Positions 1-8,767 of a stretch of DNA of 33,536 bases are shown here, one piece after another. Source of the DNA: Synergistaceae bacterium (GTDB lineage Bacteria > Synergistota > Synergistia > Synergistales > Synergistaceae); assembly GCA_031271065.1 (NCBI GenBank), contig JAISWP010000042.1, forward strand, positions 1 to 33,536, read 5' to 3'. Under the pieces are notes generated by a model. It saw nothing but the letters and a program-made list of their open reading frames with translations. It was not told the DNA's origin and did not search any database. Made by a program: the position numbers and the translations under genes. Within the stretch, counting starts at the first letter, position 1. Every line of letters starts with the position of its first letter.

Positions 1-389
1 GAGTCCCATCGCGTCCATCACCTACCACATACTGCATTTTTAAACCACTTAAATCCATTTTCTGACACTTTACCATGACCTATGGCGCTTGGCAAGGGGC
101 ATAGGTTAATTATTTATCCCTGAAAAAAGGCTTCAATTGCATATATCACTGTATGTATACAAATAAACTTTCAAGAGACCGCGTTTTATGTCTCTTTCTT
201 CTGCTGTTTACGAGAGGTAAATTTGCCATGTGATATTTTCACTTGAAAAAATTGCGGAAAATTGCAAACAATTTGTAACAAAAAATATTTAGAAAAAAAG
301 AAAGAAAGGCAAAGAGGTAATACTACCTGTATGAGATGCGTAAATATGGTGATATCCGCAAAATATGAAATCCGTTGAAAAATTTGGTG

Positions 390-1322
390 TTACATCTGCA
401 GAACCGCCGCCCACTTTTCCCAAAAACCGCCGCGTGACGCCAGTTCTTTCTCCCCGGCCTGTTTGACGATCGCGGCGTCCATATCGATCTGCCGCCGCAG
501 ATCCGCGGCACCGCCGAACTTTCGTTCGTCTCTGACGCGCTCTATGATGAAAGCGGCTATATCCCTGCCGTAAAGGTCCCCTTCGAATCCGATGAGGTTT
601 ATCTCAAAACGCGTGCCAGAGACGTCGGAGAACGTGGGGTTTATTCCGGCATTGGCCGCTCCGGCGTACCACTTTCCGCACGCTCGCACCAGCGTCGCGT
701 AGACGCCGTGGCGCAGCGCCGCCTTTTCTTCGCTCACTTCCAGATTTGCCGTGGGGCGCCCCAGTCCGCGTCCTCTTTCATTTCCGTGGATCACTCTGCT
801 CACGCAGAAAAAGGGATACCCTAGCATCGAACGGACGCGCGTCATATCCCCGGCAGAGACGGCTTCCCGGACCGCTGTGCTGGACAGAGGGGCTCCGCCG
901 CATAAACGCATCGCGTCCAATATGCTGCAGTCCCAGCCGCGCCTGCGGCACTCGCTGCGGAGAACGCCGCAGTCTCCCGCCCTGTTTTTCCCGAAACGGA
1001 AATCCTCTCCCACCGCTATTCCCGTCACGCCGAATTTTTCCGATATGAAGTCCAGAAATTCCCCGGGGGCCATATCTGCGACGCGCCTTGTAAAATCTAT
1101 CCTGCACGAGACGGGCACGGAAAAATATTTTTCAAGGCAGCGCTGTTCTTTAGCCGTGAATAGATATTTGAACTTAGGGCCGTAAAAAAGGGAATCAGGA
1201 TGTTTGGAGAAAGTCACCGTCCCCCAGGAACCGCCGAGGGTTTCGGCCCTGACCCTCGCTCGCCCGAGCAGGGCCTGATGCCCTATGTGAAAACCGTCGA
1301 ACGCGCCTATTGCCGCTATCAT
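390..1322 (-). CDS. ribF: bifunctional riboflavin kinase / FMN adenylyltransferase
   Basis: ORF 390..1454 trimmed to the ATG at 1320-1322 (MIAAIGAFDGFHIGHQ...). That ATG forms an ATGA overlap with the truB stop (1319-1321). Adenylyltransferase motifs: GAFDGFHIGH, GEDFRFG, SST. Riboflavin-kinase motifs: GRPTANL, GVYA, NAGINPTF, EINLIGFEGDLYG. Confidence 0.9.
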   Translation of the reverse strand: MIAAIGAFDGFHIGHQALLGRARVRAETLGGSWGTVTFSKHPDSLFYGPKFKYLFTAKEQRCLEKYFSVPVSCRIDFTRRVADMAPGEFLDFISEKFGVTGIAVGEDFRFGKNRAGDCGVLRSECRRRGWDCSILDAMRLCGGAPLSSTAVREAVSAGDMTRVRSMLGYPFFCVSRVIHGNERGRGLGRPTANLEVSEEKAALRHGVYATLVRACGKWYAGAANAGINPTFSDVSGTRFEINLIGFEGDLYGRDIAAFIIERVRDERKFGGAADLRRQIDMDAAIVKQAGEKELASRGGFWEKWAAVLQM

Positions 1323-2269
1323 GCCGGAGACTCCCCGCTTTGTTCCAGTTTTATATTGATCTCCGGCCTGATGAAAAGGCCTTCCGCGGTTTCGTTTATC
1401 CGCCCGACCGACAGGATGGAATCGGTACTGACCGCCGCGATTCCGGGAGGGCACATGTGTCCGCAGGATATCCTGGAAATAGGATCCAAGGGCGCGTTCC
1501 GCCCGTTTGACAGGTGCGAAGCCAAGTCCCCGGAGACGGTATACACGGGTATGAAACGCCCTATGTCTCCTGCCGGCCGGATCATGGACTCGAGCGCGCA
1601 GGAAGCCGCGGATATATCTTCAGGCCACGAAAACGCGTCTTTGAGGGTGAAATGTCCGACCGCCTCCCGCCGCAGTGAAGCTATATGAGCGCCGCATCCG
1701 AGAATTCTGCCGAAATCCCTTGCTATCGCTCTCACATAGGCGCCCTTTCCGCAGCGTATGAGGAGTTCGACTTTTCCGTCCGATATGTCCGCGGTGCGGG
1801 TAATATATTCCACGAATACGGGACGGGGCCTGATTTCCGGGTTTTGGCCGAAGCGGAAGATTTCATGCGCGCGGCGGCCCTTTACATGAACTGCGGATAC
1901 CTCGGGCGGCAGCTGCATCCTCCATCCCAGGAAAGAGGGTATGCGGCCGTCTATGTCGGAGGCAGTCACGCCTTTGTAATCGGAGGTTTTAGTCACATCC
2001 CCGGAATAGTCCCATGTAGAGGTCTCCACCCCGAGCCGCAGGACTGCCCTGTAGGTTTTGGGCATCCGTATGACCAGGTCGGACAGACGGGTCGCGCCTC
2101 CAAAAAGCATGACCAGAACGCCGCTTGCCGTCGAATCCAGCGTTCCCCCGTGTCCCAGCTTGACGCCCTTTCCGATGATTTTTCTGAGCTGTTCAACACA
2201 ATAGGAGCTGCGGAGTCCGATGGGCTTATCTATCGCCAGAATACCCTGAAACATGACGTTCCATTTCAT
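1319..2269 (-). CDS. truB: tRNA pseudouridine(55) synthase
   Basis: GILAIDKPIGLRSS and GHGGTLDSTASGVLVMLFG (catalytic Asp in GTLD). Sits in the conserved position between nrnA and ribF. Start is ambiguous: ATG at 2269 or ATG at 2254 (MFQGIL...). Confidence 0.9.
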   Translation of the reverse strand: MKWNVMFQGILAIDKPIGLRSSYCVEQLRKIIGKGVKLGHGGTLDSTASGVLVMLFGGATRLSDLVIRMPKTYRAVLRLGVETSTWDYSGDVTKTSDYKGVTASDIDGRIPSFLGWRMQLPPEVSAVHVKGRRAHEIFRFGQNPEIRPRPVFVEYITRTADISDGKVELLIRCGKGAYVRAIARDFGRILGCGAHIASLRREAVGHFTLKDAFSWPEDISAASCALESMIRPAGDIGRFIPVYTVSGDLASHLSNGRNAPLDPISRISCGHMCPPGIAAVSTDSILSVGRINETAEGLFIRPEINIKLEQSGESPA

Positions 2270-3251
2270 CGCGAATCAAAGAGAGCGTTTCCTCGACCGA
2301 GGCCGCTATGGTACATCCGGAAGCGAGATCATGCCCGCCTCCGCCGAATTCAGCGGCGACCTCCCTCGCTTTGAAGGGAGGCCGCGATCTTATGGACACC
2401 CTCACTCCGGCGTCCGCCTCTCCGTCTTTCGGAGGAAATTCGCTGCAGAGCGCCGCCAGCTTCACCCCTTTTATCCTCATCAGGAAATTCACCAGATTCT
2501 CCGTCGCGCCCCGCGATGTCCCGGTCTCCAGAAAATCTTCCTTCGAAAGCCAGTATACCGCGCAGCGCGAATCCGCGAAAATTACTGTCCTCGTCATAGC
2601 CCGGCCCCACAGACTCAGCACGCCGGGGGACAGATTCGACTCCAGTTCTTCCGCCGCGAGGTTCGGCGAAACCCCAGCTTCGAGCAGTTTCATGGCGCAT
2701 CTGTGGCTGCGGAGCGTGGTGGAGGCGAAACTGAAACTTCCGTTATCCGAAATCATAGCCACATACAAGGCGGAAGCCTCGCCGCCCGTCAGCCCCCAGG
2801 GGGAAGACGACAGGAGCTCGGTGACCATTTCCCCCGTGGCGGACGCTTCCGGCTCTATCCAATTCAGGTCTCCGTAACGCTCGTTATCCGTATGGTGGTC
2901 TATGTTTATTATCGGGCACGTTCCCCGCAGTCCGGCGAGCCCCGGGAGGGAACGGGCCATAGTGCTCGTGTCCACGCAGATTATCACTCCGTCATGCCCG
3001 AAATTTTCCGGCATACGATCCAGCACCGCTAAATTCAAACCGTCCAGGAGAAATGAATATTTGTCAGGACACGGATCCATGCAGGCAAACAGAACATCCT
3101 TGGAAATACGCCCGCCTAGACGGGTGAGAGCGGCCCCGCACCCCAGCGTGTCTCCGTCCGGTTTCTCGTGGGATATGACAAGCCATTTATCTTTTTCCCG
3201 GAGGAGCTCCAGGACAGCTTCCCGCAAGCCGTTACGTTCTTCCCGCGCCAT
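2226..3251 (-). CDS. nrnA: DHH/DHHA1 phosphoesterase, NrnA-type nanoRNase/pAp phosphatase
   Basis: DHH motifs HEKPDGDTLGCG, INIDHHTDN, MISDNGSF and DHHA1 motif GGGGHDLASG. About 340 aa. Conserved position between rbfA and truB. Confidence 0.85.
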   Translation of the reverse strand: MAREERNGLREAVLELLREKDKWLVISHEKPDGDTLGCGAALTRLGGRISKDVLFACMDPCPDKYSFLLDGLNLAVLDRMPENFGHDGVIICVDTSTMARSLPGLAGLRGTCPIINIDHHTDNERYGDLNWIEPEASATGEMVTELLSSSPWGLTGGEASALYVAMISDNGSFSFASTTLRSHRCAMKLLEAGVSPNLAAEELESNLSPGVLSLWGRAMTRTVIFADSRCAVYWLSKEDFLETGTSRGATENLVNFLMRIKGVKLAALCSEFPPKDGEADAGVRVSIRSRPPFKAREVAAEFGGGGHDLASGCTIAASVEETLSLIRDEMERHVSGYSGDR

Positions 3252-3591
3252 CTTCTTTTATAACCCTGTCGATCAGGGCATCGATGTCCCTGGCTTTTCG
3301 CTCCGAATCGTCGAATATGAAGCGCAGCTCAGGTATCTGCCTGATGTGCATCTCTTTTCCGAGATACCCTCTCATTTTGCCGGAAGCTCCAAAGAGAGCC
3401 GACTGGACGCGCGGCTCCGAATCCCCGCTCAAGGTAGTATAGTAGACCTTTGCGTGACTGAGATCCCGTGAGCATTCGACATGAGTCAATATAACGTCCT
3501 TCAGCGTTTCGTCCTTCAGACCGTTTGCTATAAACCCCGCAAGGAGCCTCAAAAATTCTCTGTTGAGCCTCTCTATCCTAAACGTCGCCAT
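3232..3591 (-). CDS. rbfA: ribosome-binding factor A
   Basis: MATFRIERLNREFLRLLAGFI...LTHVECSRDLSHAKVYYT is a typical RbfA sequence. The ORF track begins at TTG 3597; I prefer ATG 3589-3591, with a GAGG 10 nt upstream. Lies downstream of infB as in most bacteria. Confidence 0.85.
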   Translation of the reverse strand: MATFRIERLNREFLRLLAGFIANGLKDETLKDVILTHVECSRDLSHAKVYYTTLSGDSEPRVQSALFGASGKMRGYLGKEMHIRQIPELRFIFDDSERKARDIDALIDRVIKEDGAGRT

Positions 3592-3886
3592 ATCCAAAAA
3601 CCTCGTGCTCTATATCCAATATTACAAATTCTCCCGTTTCCTCGGCGCTGTCCAGAAATGAACGAAACTGCCCCATCCTGGTTTCCGTCTCCTGGTGCGA
3701 TGAACCGACGTACGCCGCCGCGAGGTCCGCCCGGTTCCGCGAATCGGGCCCCAGATCGGATACAGAGGCATTGAAGTGCCTCCTTATCCTGTCCGTCAGG
3801 GAACGAACGACCTGCCGCCGGTCCTTGAGGCTTCCCGAACAGGGTATTTCTATGGAGATCATCACTACTCCGAGCCATGCCCTCAT
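3578..3886 (-). CDS. ylxP: DUF503 (YlxP-like) protein
   Basis: About 100 aa. ISIEIPCSGSLKDRRQVVRSLTDRIRRHFNASVSDLG matches the DUF503 pattern. Its ATG forms an ATGA overlap with the infB stop (3883-3886). Canonical position between infB and rbfA. Confidence 0.75.
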   Translation of the reverse strand: MRAWLGVVMISIEIPCSGSLKDRRQVVRSLTDRIRRHFNASVSDLGPDSRNRADLAAAYVGSSHQETETRMGQFRSFLDSAEETGEFVILDIEHEVFGYGDV

Positions 3887-5949
3887 ATATCGAGAGTCTT
3901 TTTCTCCGAGAGTATCTCATAAGCCTCCACTATGTCGCCCTCACGGAAGTCCTGGAACCCAGAGAAGCTGAAACCGCACTCGTTGCCCGCGGCTATCTCT
4001 CTCACGTCCTCCTTGAAATGGCGCAGCCCTGAAAGAGAACCGTCCCATATCACTATCCCATCCCGGACGACGCGGACCTTCGTGCTGCGCTTTATGGTCC
4101 CCTCCTGCACGAAACAGCCGGCTATCCTGCCCGCCTTCGGGACCTTGAACACAGCCCGTATCTCAGCCTGTCCCACTATGTTCTCGCGCAGGATTGGGGC
4201 GAGCATCCCCTCTAAAGCCGCCTTTATGTCCTCCTGCATGTCGTATATCACCCTGTAAAGGCGTATCTGGACATTTTCCGTCTCGCTCTGTTTTTTGGCG
4301 TTGGAGTCTGGCCTCACGTTGAAACCTATTATTACCGCGCCTGACACGGACGCCAGGGCGACGTCAGAACCAGAAATCCTGCCGACCCCCTCGTGAATGA
4401 TGTTGATCCTCACTTCGTCCGTGCTCATCTTCATGATTGTCGATCGAAAAGCCTCCAGGGACCCCTGTACGTCGCACTTCAGGACGATATTGAGCTGAGG
4501 AGTGCCGCTCGCCTGCATCTGGTCGTAAAGTTCCTCCAGCGTCAGGGGCTGCCTCCCCTGCCCGGATACAGCGTCCCTGCGCATAGCCTGTGACGCCAGG
4601 CTGCGGGCCTCCCGTTCGGAGGCGAGAAGTTTGAACTGTTCTCCGGGCATCGGGACCGATTCGAGCCCGAGGACCTCCACAGGGGTACTCGGGCCGGCCG
4701 AATCCACGGCTCGCCCTTTGTCGTCCAGCATAGCCCGTATCTTGCCCCAAGCGGTATCGGTCGCTATGATACTGCCCTTTCTGAGTGTGCCCTGCAGTAC
4801 TATCACTGTCGCTACAGGACCTTTCCCCTTGTCCAGATTGGCCTCGACGACGACCCCCTCGGCGGGGACGGTGTCGGATGCTCTGAGTTCGGCCATCTCC
4901 GCCACCAAAAGGACCATATCCAGAAGCGAATCGATGCCCTGTCCGGTTTTTGCAGAGAGCTCGACCATAACGGTGTCCCCGCCCCACTCCTCGGGAACGA
5001 GTCCGTAATCAGAGAGCTGCTGGCGGACCCTCTCCGGTTTGGCGTCCGGTTTATCCACCTTGTTTATCGCCGCGATAATCGGCACTCCGGCTGCTTTCGC
5101 GTGATTCATCGCCTCCAGAGTCTGCGGTTTGACCCCGTCCTCAGCCGCGACTACGAGGATGGCTATGTCCGTCACGCTTGCCCCCCGCGCTCTCATTGCG
5201 GTAAAAGCCTCGTGCCCCGGCGTATCCAGGAACACTATCTCGTTTCCGTTGTAATTGACCTTGTAAGCGCCGATATGCTGCGTTATGCCGCCGGCCTCGC
5301 CCTCGGTCACGCGGGTCTTGCGTATAAAGTCGAGAAGCGTGGTCTTGCCGTGGTCGACGTGTCCCATAACCGTCACTATCGGCGGCCTGGGCTTGGCATC
5401 GGGAGCGTCTGTCCTGGCCCTGCGGGATTTCTGCACGCGCCCGGCTTCGGCGGACGGCTCGCGGCGAGGCGCGGTTTTATCGGCCTTCAAAGGCGCCGGA
5501 ACTTCCGGCTTCACAGGAGCAGTTTCGTCCGGTCCGTCTCCTTTTTTTATCTCGCAGTTGAAAGCGAGGCTTATCACGGTGAGCACGTCGTCGGTGGGCA
5601 GCGAGTTGGCGGGTATCATAAACCCTTCGTCTATAAGTATCTTTACGACCTCGGCCGGGGATCTGTCCAGTTTCCTGGCGATGTCCCCCACTGTCGCGCT
5701 GCTGTCAATGAAGATAGTTCTCATTGCTTTGGATGCTTCTCCTTCTGTGGAGCCTGTATTCTCGGCAGGAGCGCCGGGCTTCGTCCCAGAGGACGCTTTG
5801 ATGCGGTCCTCCACCAGCTGGGCGGCCTCCATGTCGATTGAACTCATGTGCGATTTAACTTCGATTTTCAGTTCCTTCAATACGTTGAGCAGCTCCGGAT
5901 TGGTGCGTCCGAGAAGTTTAGCGAGCTCATAAACTCTGATTTTATTCAT
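3883..5949 (-). CDS. infB: translation initiation factor IF-2
   Basis: G-domain motifs [25 protein letters not shown]. Two IF2_N-like N-terminal segments. 688 aa. Confidence 0.96.
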   Translation of the reverse strand: MNKIRVYELAKLLGRTNPELLNVLKELKIEVKSHMSSIDMEAAQLVEDRIKASSGTKPGAPAENTGSTEGEASKAMRTIFIDSSATVGDIARKLDRSPAEVVKILIDEGFMIPANSLPTDDVLTVISLAFNCEIKKGDGPDETAPVKPEVPAPLKADKTAPRREPSAEAGRVQKSRRARTDAPDAKPRPPIVTVMGHVDHGKTTLLDFIRKTRVTEGEAGGITQHIGAYKVNYNGNEIVFLDTPGHEAFTAMRARGASVTDIAILVVAAEDGVKPQTLEAMNHAKAAGVPIIAAINKVDKPDAKPERVRQQLSDYGLVPEEWGGDTVMVELSAKTGQGIDSLLDMVLLVAEMAELRASDTVPAEGVVVEANLDKGKGPVATVIVLQGTLRKGSIIATDTAWGKIRAMLDDKGRAVDSAGPSTPVEVLGLESVPMPGEQFKLLASEREARSLASQAMRRDAVSGQGRQPLTLEELYDQMQASGTPQLNIVLKCDVQGSLEAFRSTIMKMSTDEVRINIIHEGVGRISGSDVALASVSGAVIIGFNVRPDSNAKKQSETENVQIRLYRVIYDMQEDIKAALEGMLAPILRENIVGQAEIRAVFKVPKAGRIAGCFVQEGTIKRSTKVRVVRDGIVIWDGSLSGLRHFKEDVREIAAGNECGFSFSGFQDFREGDIVEAYEILSEKKTLDI

Positions 5950-6278
5950 TGGTTCAACGTCCCCCCCTGTCTCAGCAATTCTTTAAGTTTTTTCGCAAAG
6001 CCGCTTCCTTCGGGAAGGGCCGCTATTTGAACATTATTCAGTCCCAGAGCGCCGCCCAGCGACTCCCGGGAGACATCCGCCGCAAGCCTTGCGTCTTCGC
6101 CTATTCTGCGCAGCACATTTTCCGAGCAGTCGCGCGAGACTATGACAAGGAGCTTCCTGCCGGCCCCGCGCGCCCGAAACACGTTATCCTGCCCCACGAT
6201 AAGTTCTCCCGAAGCCCTGGCCAGCCCTAAAAGAGACAGGGCCCTGGCCGTACCGTCAGCCGTGCTGATCGTTCTCAC
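5946..6278 (-). CDS. ylxQ: L7Ae/YlxQ-family RNA-binding protein
   Basis: LSLLGLARASGELIVGQDNV...LLVIVSRDCSEN matches the YlxQ/L7Ae pattern. GTG start at 6276-6278. Stop forms an ATGA overlap with the infB start (5946-5949). Confidence 0.72.
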   Translation of the reverse strand: MRTISTADGTARALSLLGLARASGELIVGQDNVFRARGAGRKLLVIVSRDCSENVLRRIGEDARLAADVSRESLGGALGLNNVQIAALPEGSGFAKKLKELLRQGGTLNQ

Positions 6279-6555
6279 CTCGATCGCACATCTTTCCTAT
6301 CATGGCGTATATCTCCTGCGGGACGGGGCGTTTCAGGACACGGGACAGAGAGTTCTTTTTCGCCGCAAGACGAATGCACTCCGCCCTCGCGCACAGATAA
6401 GCCCCGCGCCCAGGCATGGGTCCGGATGTATTTATCTCGATCCCGCCGCCGGGCAGCCTGACCACTCTGATGAGTTCGGTTCTGGGGCGTTCCGTCCCGC
6501 AGGCCGCGCACTTTCTTACGCGCGGAACGCTCAGTCTTTTGGCAGATCCTCCCAC
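6256..6555 (-). CDS. ylxR: YlxR/DUF448 (RnpM-like) RNA-binding protein
   Basis: RKCAACGTERPRTELIRVV...PGRGAYLCARAECIRLAAKKNSLSRVLK is the DUF448 signature. The longest ORF (to 6825) runs deep into nusA. I chose GTG 6553-6555, preceded by GGGAGA with a 6-nt spacer, which overlaps the nusA 3' end by 25 nt. The start is uncertain. Confidence 0.68.
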   Translation of the reverse strand: MGGSAKRLSVPRVRKCAACGTERPRTELIRVVRLPGGGIEINTSGPMPGRGAYLCARAECIRLAAKKNSLSRVLKRPVPQEIYAMIGKMCDRGENDQHG

Positions 6556-7658
6556 AGCGATTCTCCCGTAGTCTTTTTGATATCGTTGAACAAATCCTGC
6601 AAAGTCGGCAGTCTCTCCGGCTCGATCACTTTGATGTCGATCTTCCAGCCGGTCAGACGGGCAGCCAGCCGCACGTTCTGTCCCGCCTTCCCGATCGCCA
6701 GCGACAGCTGATCCTGACGGACAAAGACCCTCAGCGAATGTTCCTGCTCCAGCACCGGCTCTATCTTGGCCGCTTTGGCCGGAGAGAGCGCGTTGCGAGC
6801 GAACTGCATCGGATCGTCGCTCCATATTATAACGTCGATTCTCTCTCCGCCCAGCTCGTCGCTTATCGATTTTATCCTGGTCCCGGCGGCGCCTACACAG
6901 GCCCCCACCGGGTCGACGTTCACGTCAAGGGATCGCACCGCGACCTTCGCCCGGGCGCCGGCTTCCCTCACTATCGATTTTATCTCGACAGTGCCCTCCG
7001 CGATCTCGGGGATTTCGAGTTCCATGAGGCGTTTCAGCAATCCCGGATGAGTCCGGGAGACAATTATGCGCGGCCCTCTCGTGGTCTTCCTGACATCCAG
7101 CAGAAGGAACTTCCTGCGTTCGCCGGGCGGATACGACTCTCCGCTCATCCTCTCTTCCTTGGGGAGCAGCGCGTCGGTCCTGTCGTTCACCTGCACCAGA
7201 ATCTGGTCGCCCTCCGCTTTGAATATCGTCCCCAATACCATATCGCCGATGTGATCGGCGAACTCGTTGAAGATGATCTGACGCTCGGCGTCCTTGAGAC
7301 GCTGAATTATCACCTGACGGGCGGTCTGCGCCGCTATGCGCCCGAAATTTTCCGGATTGACCTCCACGTATGCGAAGTCCCCCGGTTCGAGGCCGCCGTG
7401 TCCGTTGGCGCTCGCCTGTTCCGAAGTCCATTCCGCGTCCGGGACTGTGACTTCCTCCACGATATGATATTTCTCGGAAAGGGCTATTTCCCCGTTTGTG
7501 AGGTTTATATGGACCTCCACCACCTGATTCCCGTTCTTGTACTTTTTATATGCGGAAGCCATGGCGGCTTCCAGGCTCGAGGCTATTATTTCGATTGGAA
7601 GACCCTTTTCGGTCTCAATCTGCTTTAAAGCCTTGACAAAATCCTTTCCGAGCTGCAT
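6531..7658 (-). CDS. nusA: transcription termination/antitermination factor NusA
   Basis: NusA N-terminal domain, an S1 segment (GDMVLGTIFKAEGDQILVQV) and two KH segments (GACVGAAGTRIKSI; AIGKAGQNVRLAARLTGWKIDI). SD GGAGGG lies upstream of the ATG. Confidence 0.96.
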   Translation of the reverse strand: MQLGKDFVKALKQIETEKGLPIEIIASSLEAAMASAYKKYKNGNQVVEVHINLTNGEIALSEKYHIVEEVTVPDAEWTSEQASANGHGGLEPGDFAYVEVNPENFGRIAAQTARQVIIQRLKDAERQIIFNEFADHIGDMVLGTIFKAEGDQILVQVNDRTDALLPKEERMSGESYPPGERRKFLLLDVRKTTRGPRIIVSRTHPGLLKRLMELEIPEIAEGTVEIKSIVREAGARAKVAVRSLDVNVDPVGACVGAAGTRIKSISDELGGERIDVIIWSDDPMQFARNALSPAKAAKIEPVLEQEHSLRVFVRQDQLSLAIGKAGQNVRLAARLTGWKIDIKVIEPERLPTLQDLFNDIKKTTGESLWEDLPKD

Positions 7659-8162
7659 TTATTTCCCTCCCCGGGCTTTGTTTGCCTTTTTTACGCCCTT
7701 ATTTTCGATGTACGCCAAATTTCCTTTTTTTATACCGCCGAACGGCAAAGAGACGTCTCTGTCGTCCTGAGCTCTCATAACCACGACGCCTCCGTCGCAT
7801 GACATTATCTGTCCCGTGACCTTCTCTCCCGAGGCGAGAGATAAGGAAGCATATCGTCCGGCAAAACGCCTGTAATGCTCCTGCGTGTAAAGGGGACGCT
7901 CCAGGCCGGGCGAACTGACTTCCAGGAAATATTTCCCCGGGAAAAGGGTTTCCCCGCCGGAACTTTCTATCATATCCGACAGCGCGCGGGAAACCTTTTC
8001 GCAGTCTTCATGCCTCACCCCTCCGGGTGCGTCGATGTAAACTCTGACGACAGACCCGCGTCCCGAGCGGGCAATCTCCGTGCCGACACATTCGTACCCC
8101 AGATTTTCCGCCGTCTCGCAGACATTTTTTTTCAAGAACGCAAGAGCATTCCCGGAAATCAT
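7659..8162 (-). CDS. rimP: ribosome maturation factor RimP
   Basis: YFLEVSSPGLERPL signature. The track ORF starts at GTG 8222, but that 20-codon extension contains a perfect terminator hairpin. ATG 8160-8162 (MISGNALAFLKK...) has a GAGGA at 8174-8178 and matches the N-terminus of RimP homologues. Confidence 0.86.
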   Translation of the reverse strand: MISGNALAFLKKNVCETAENLGYECVGTEIARSGRGSVVRVYIDAPGGVRHEDCEKVSRALSDMIESSGGETLFPGKYFLEVSSPGLERPLYTQEHYRRFAGRYASLSLASGEKVTGQIMSCDGGVVVMRAQDDRDVSLPFGGIKKGNLAYIENKGVKKANKARGGK

Positions 8163-8189
8163 CAAATCACCGATCCTCGGCACCCGCCT

Positions 8190-8219
8190 AAAAAACAAAG
8201 AGTGGGAAAGCCCACTCTT
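8190..8219 (-). terminator. intrinsic-terminator-type hairpin in the rimP-nusA-infB leader (candidate attenuator)
   Basis: Minus-strand RNA reads AAGAGUGGG-cuuu-CCCACUCUU followed by UGUUUUUU. That is a 9-bp perfect stem (8198-8206/8211-8219), a 4-nt loop and a U-tract at 8190-8197. It lies between the predicted promoter and the rimP SD. Confidence 0.6.
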
Positions 8220-8246
8220 CACAAAGAAACCGTGCAGACATACATA

Positions 8247-8274
8247 ATTATAGCATCAATTGCCGAAAAGACAA
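8247..8274 (-). promoter_or_regulatory. sigma70-type promoter for the rimP-nusA-infB operon (extended -10)
   Basis: Minus strand reads TTGTCT (8269-8274), a 16-nt spacer, then TGcTATAAT (8247-8255). Confidence 0.45.
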
Positions 8275-8302
8275 TCAAAAATCTAAAATACCGACTTTTG
8301 TC

Positions 8303-8491
8303 CTATAGACACATATCCGCCACAAAGTTCGGCCACCAGTCGTCAAAACCTGAGGAAAAAGATTCCTCTATGCACGGGACGACGACGTCCGCGAACAAAA
8401 TATCGTCCTCCAGATCGGGCAGAAGCTCAATACAGCTGTACTGCACCATACGTTCCCGCTCAGATAAACCAAGTACCGCCATGAACTCCAC
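8303..8491 (-). CDS. hypothetical small acidic protein (59-62 aa)
   Basis: The only ORF in the 545-bp rimP-guaB spacer. Start is GTG 8489-8491 or ATG 8480-8482, preceded by GGAAGGGGGTGGAG. A perfect TATAAT lies on the same strand at 8514-8519. No family recognised, so coding status is unproven. Confidence 0.3.
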   Translation of the reverse strand: MEFMAVLGLSERERMVQYSCIELLPDLEDDILFADVVVPCIEESFSSGFDDWWPNFVADMCL

Positions 8492-8708
8492 CCCCTTCCG
8501 ACCCGGTCACGCAATTATAGTACAATAACGGGGAAAATAAAAGAAACCGGCGCAAAAAACGTGATCGTCACTGAAAAAATCATCTAGGCTCTCTGATTTC
8601 CACTGAGAAGCTGTATTAAATAACCGCTCAAAAACCGCCGGTACGCCTAGTATAGATTGAACGTCGGAGTATGGTCATAGGATATAACAGCATAATGAAC
8701 CACCGGCC

Positions 8709-8751
8709 CCCGGATTTGCGGCGGAACTCGGGAAAGTTCGGCAAACCCGGG
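8709..8751 (-). terminator. long stem-loop 17 nt downstream of guaB (possible terminator or 3' stabiliser, no U-tract)
   Basis: CCCGGGUUUGC...GCAAAUCCGGG forms an 11-bp stem. It includes one G.U pair that would be an A.C mismatch on the plus strand. The loop contains an inner GAACU/AGUUC hairpin. No U-run follows. Confidence 0.3.
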
Positions 8752-8767
8752 AACGGGCCCATACGCT

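Noticed and set aside
1-76. Start of a minus-strand ORF (MVKCQKMDLSGLKMQYVVGDGRDGT...) running off the left edge.
   Set aside because: Only 25 codons are visible, there is no clear SD, and no family is recognisable. That is not enough to call a gene.
229-243. CRP/FNR-like half-sites TGTGA-N5-TCACT in the left-edge AT-rich block.
   Set aside because: The spacing is N5 rather than N6, the second half-site is imperfect, and the surrounding sequence is AT-rich. This is likely chance.
1323-1454. 44-codon N-terminal extension of ribF overlapping the truB 3' end.
   Set aside because: It is Arg-rich and non-conserved. The canonical GAFDGFH motif follows immediately after the internal ATG that overlaps the truB stop.
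7381-7400. GGTTCGAGGCC, a tRNA T-loop-like string.
   Set aside because: It lies inside the nusA coding sequence, with no acceptor, D or anticodon arms around it.
8163-8222. GTG-initiated 20-codon extension of rimP.
   Set aside because: It is occupied by a perfect terminator hairpin plus U-tract. The internal ATG has an SD and matches RimP N-termini.
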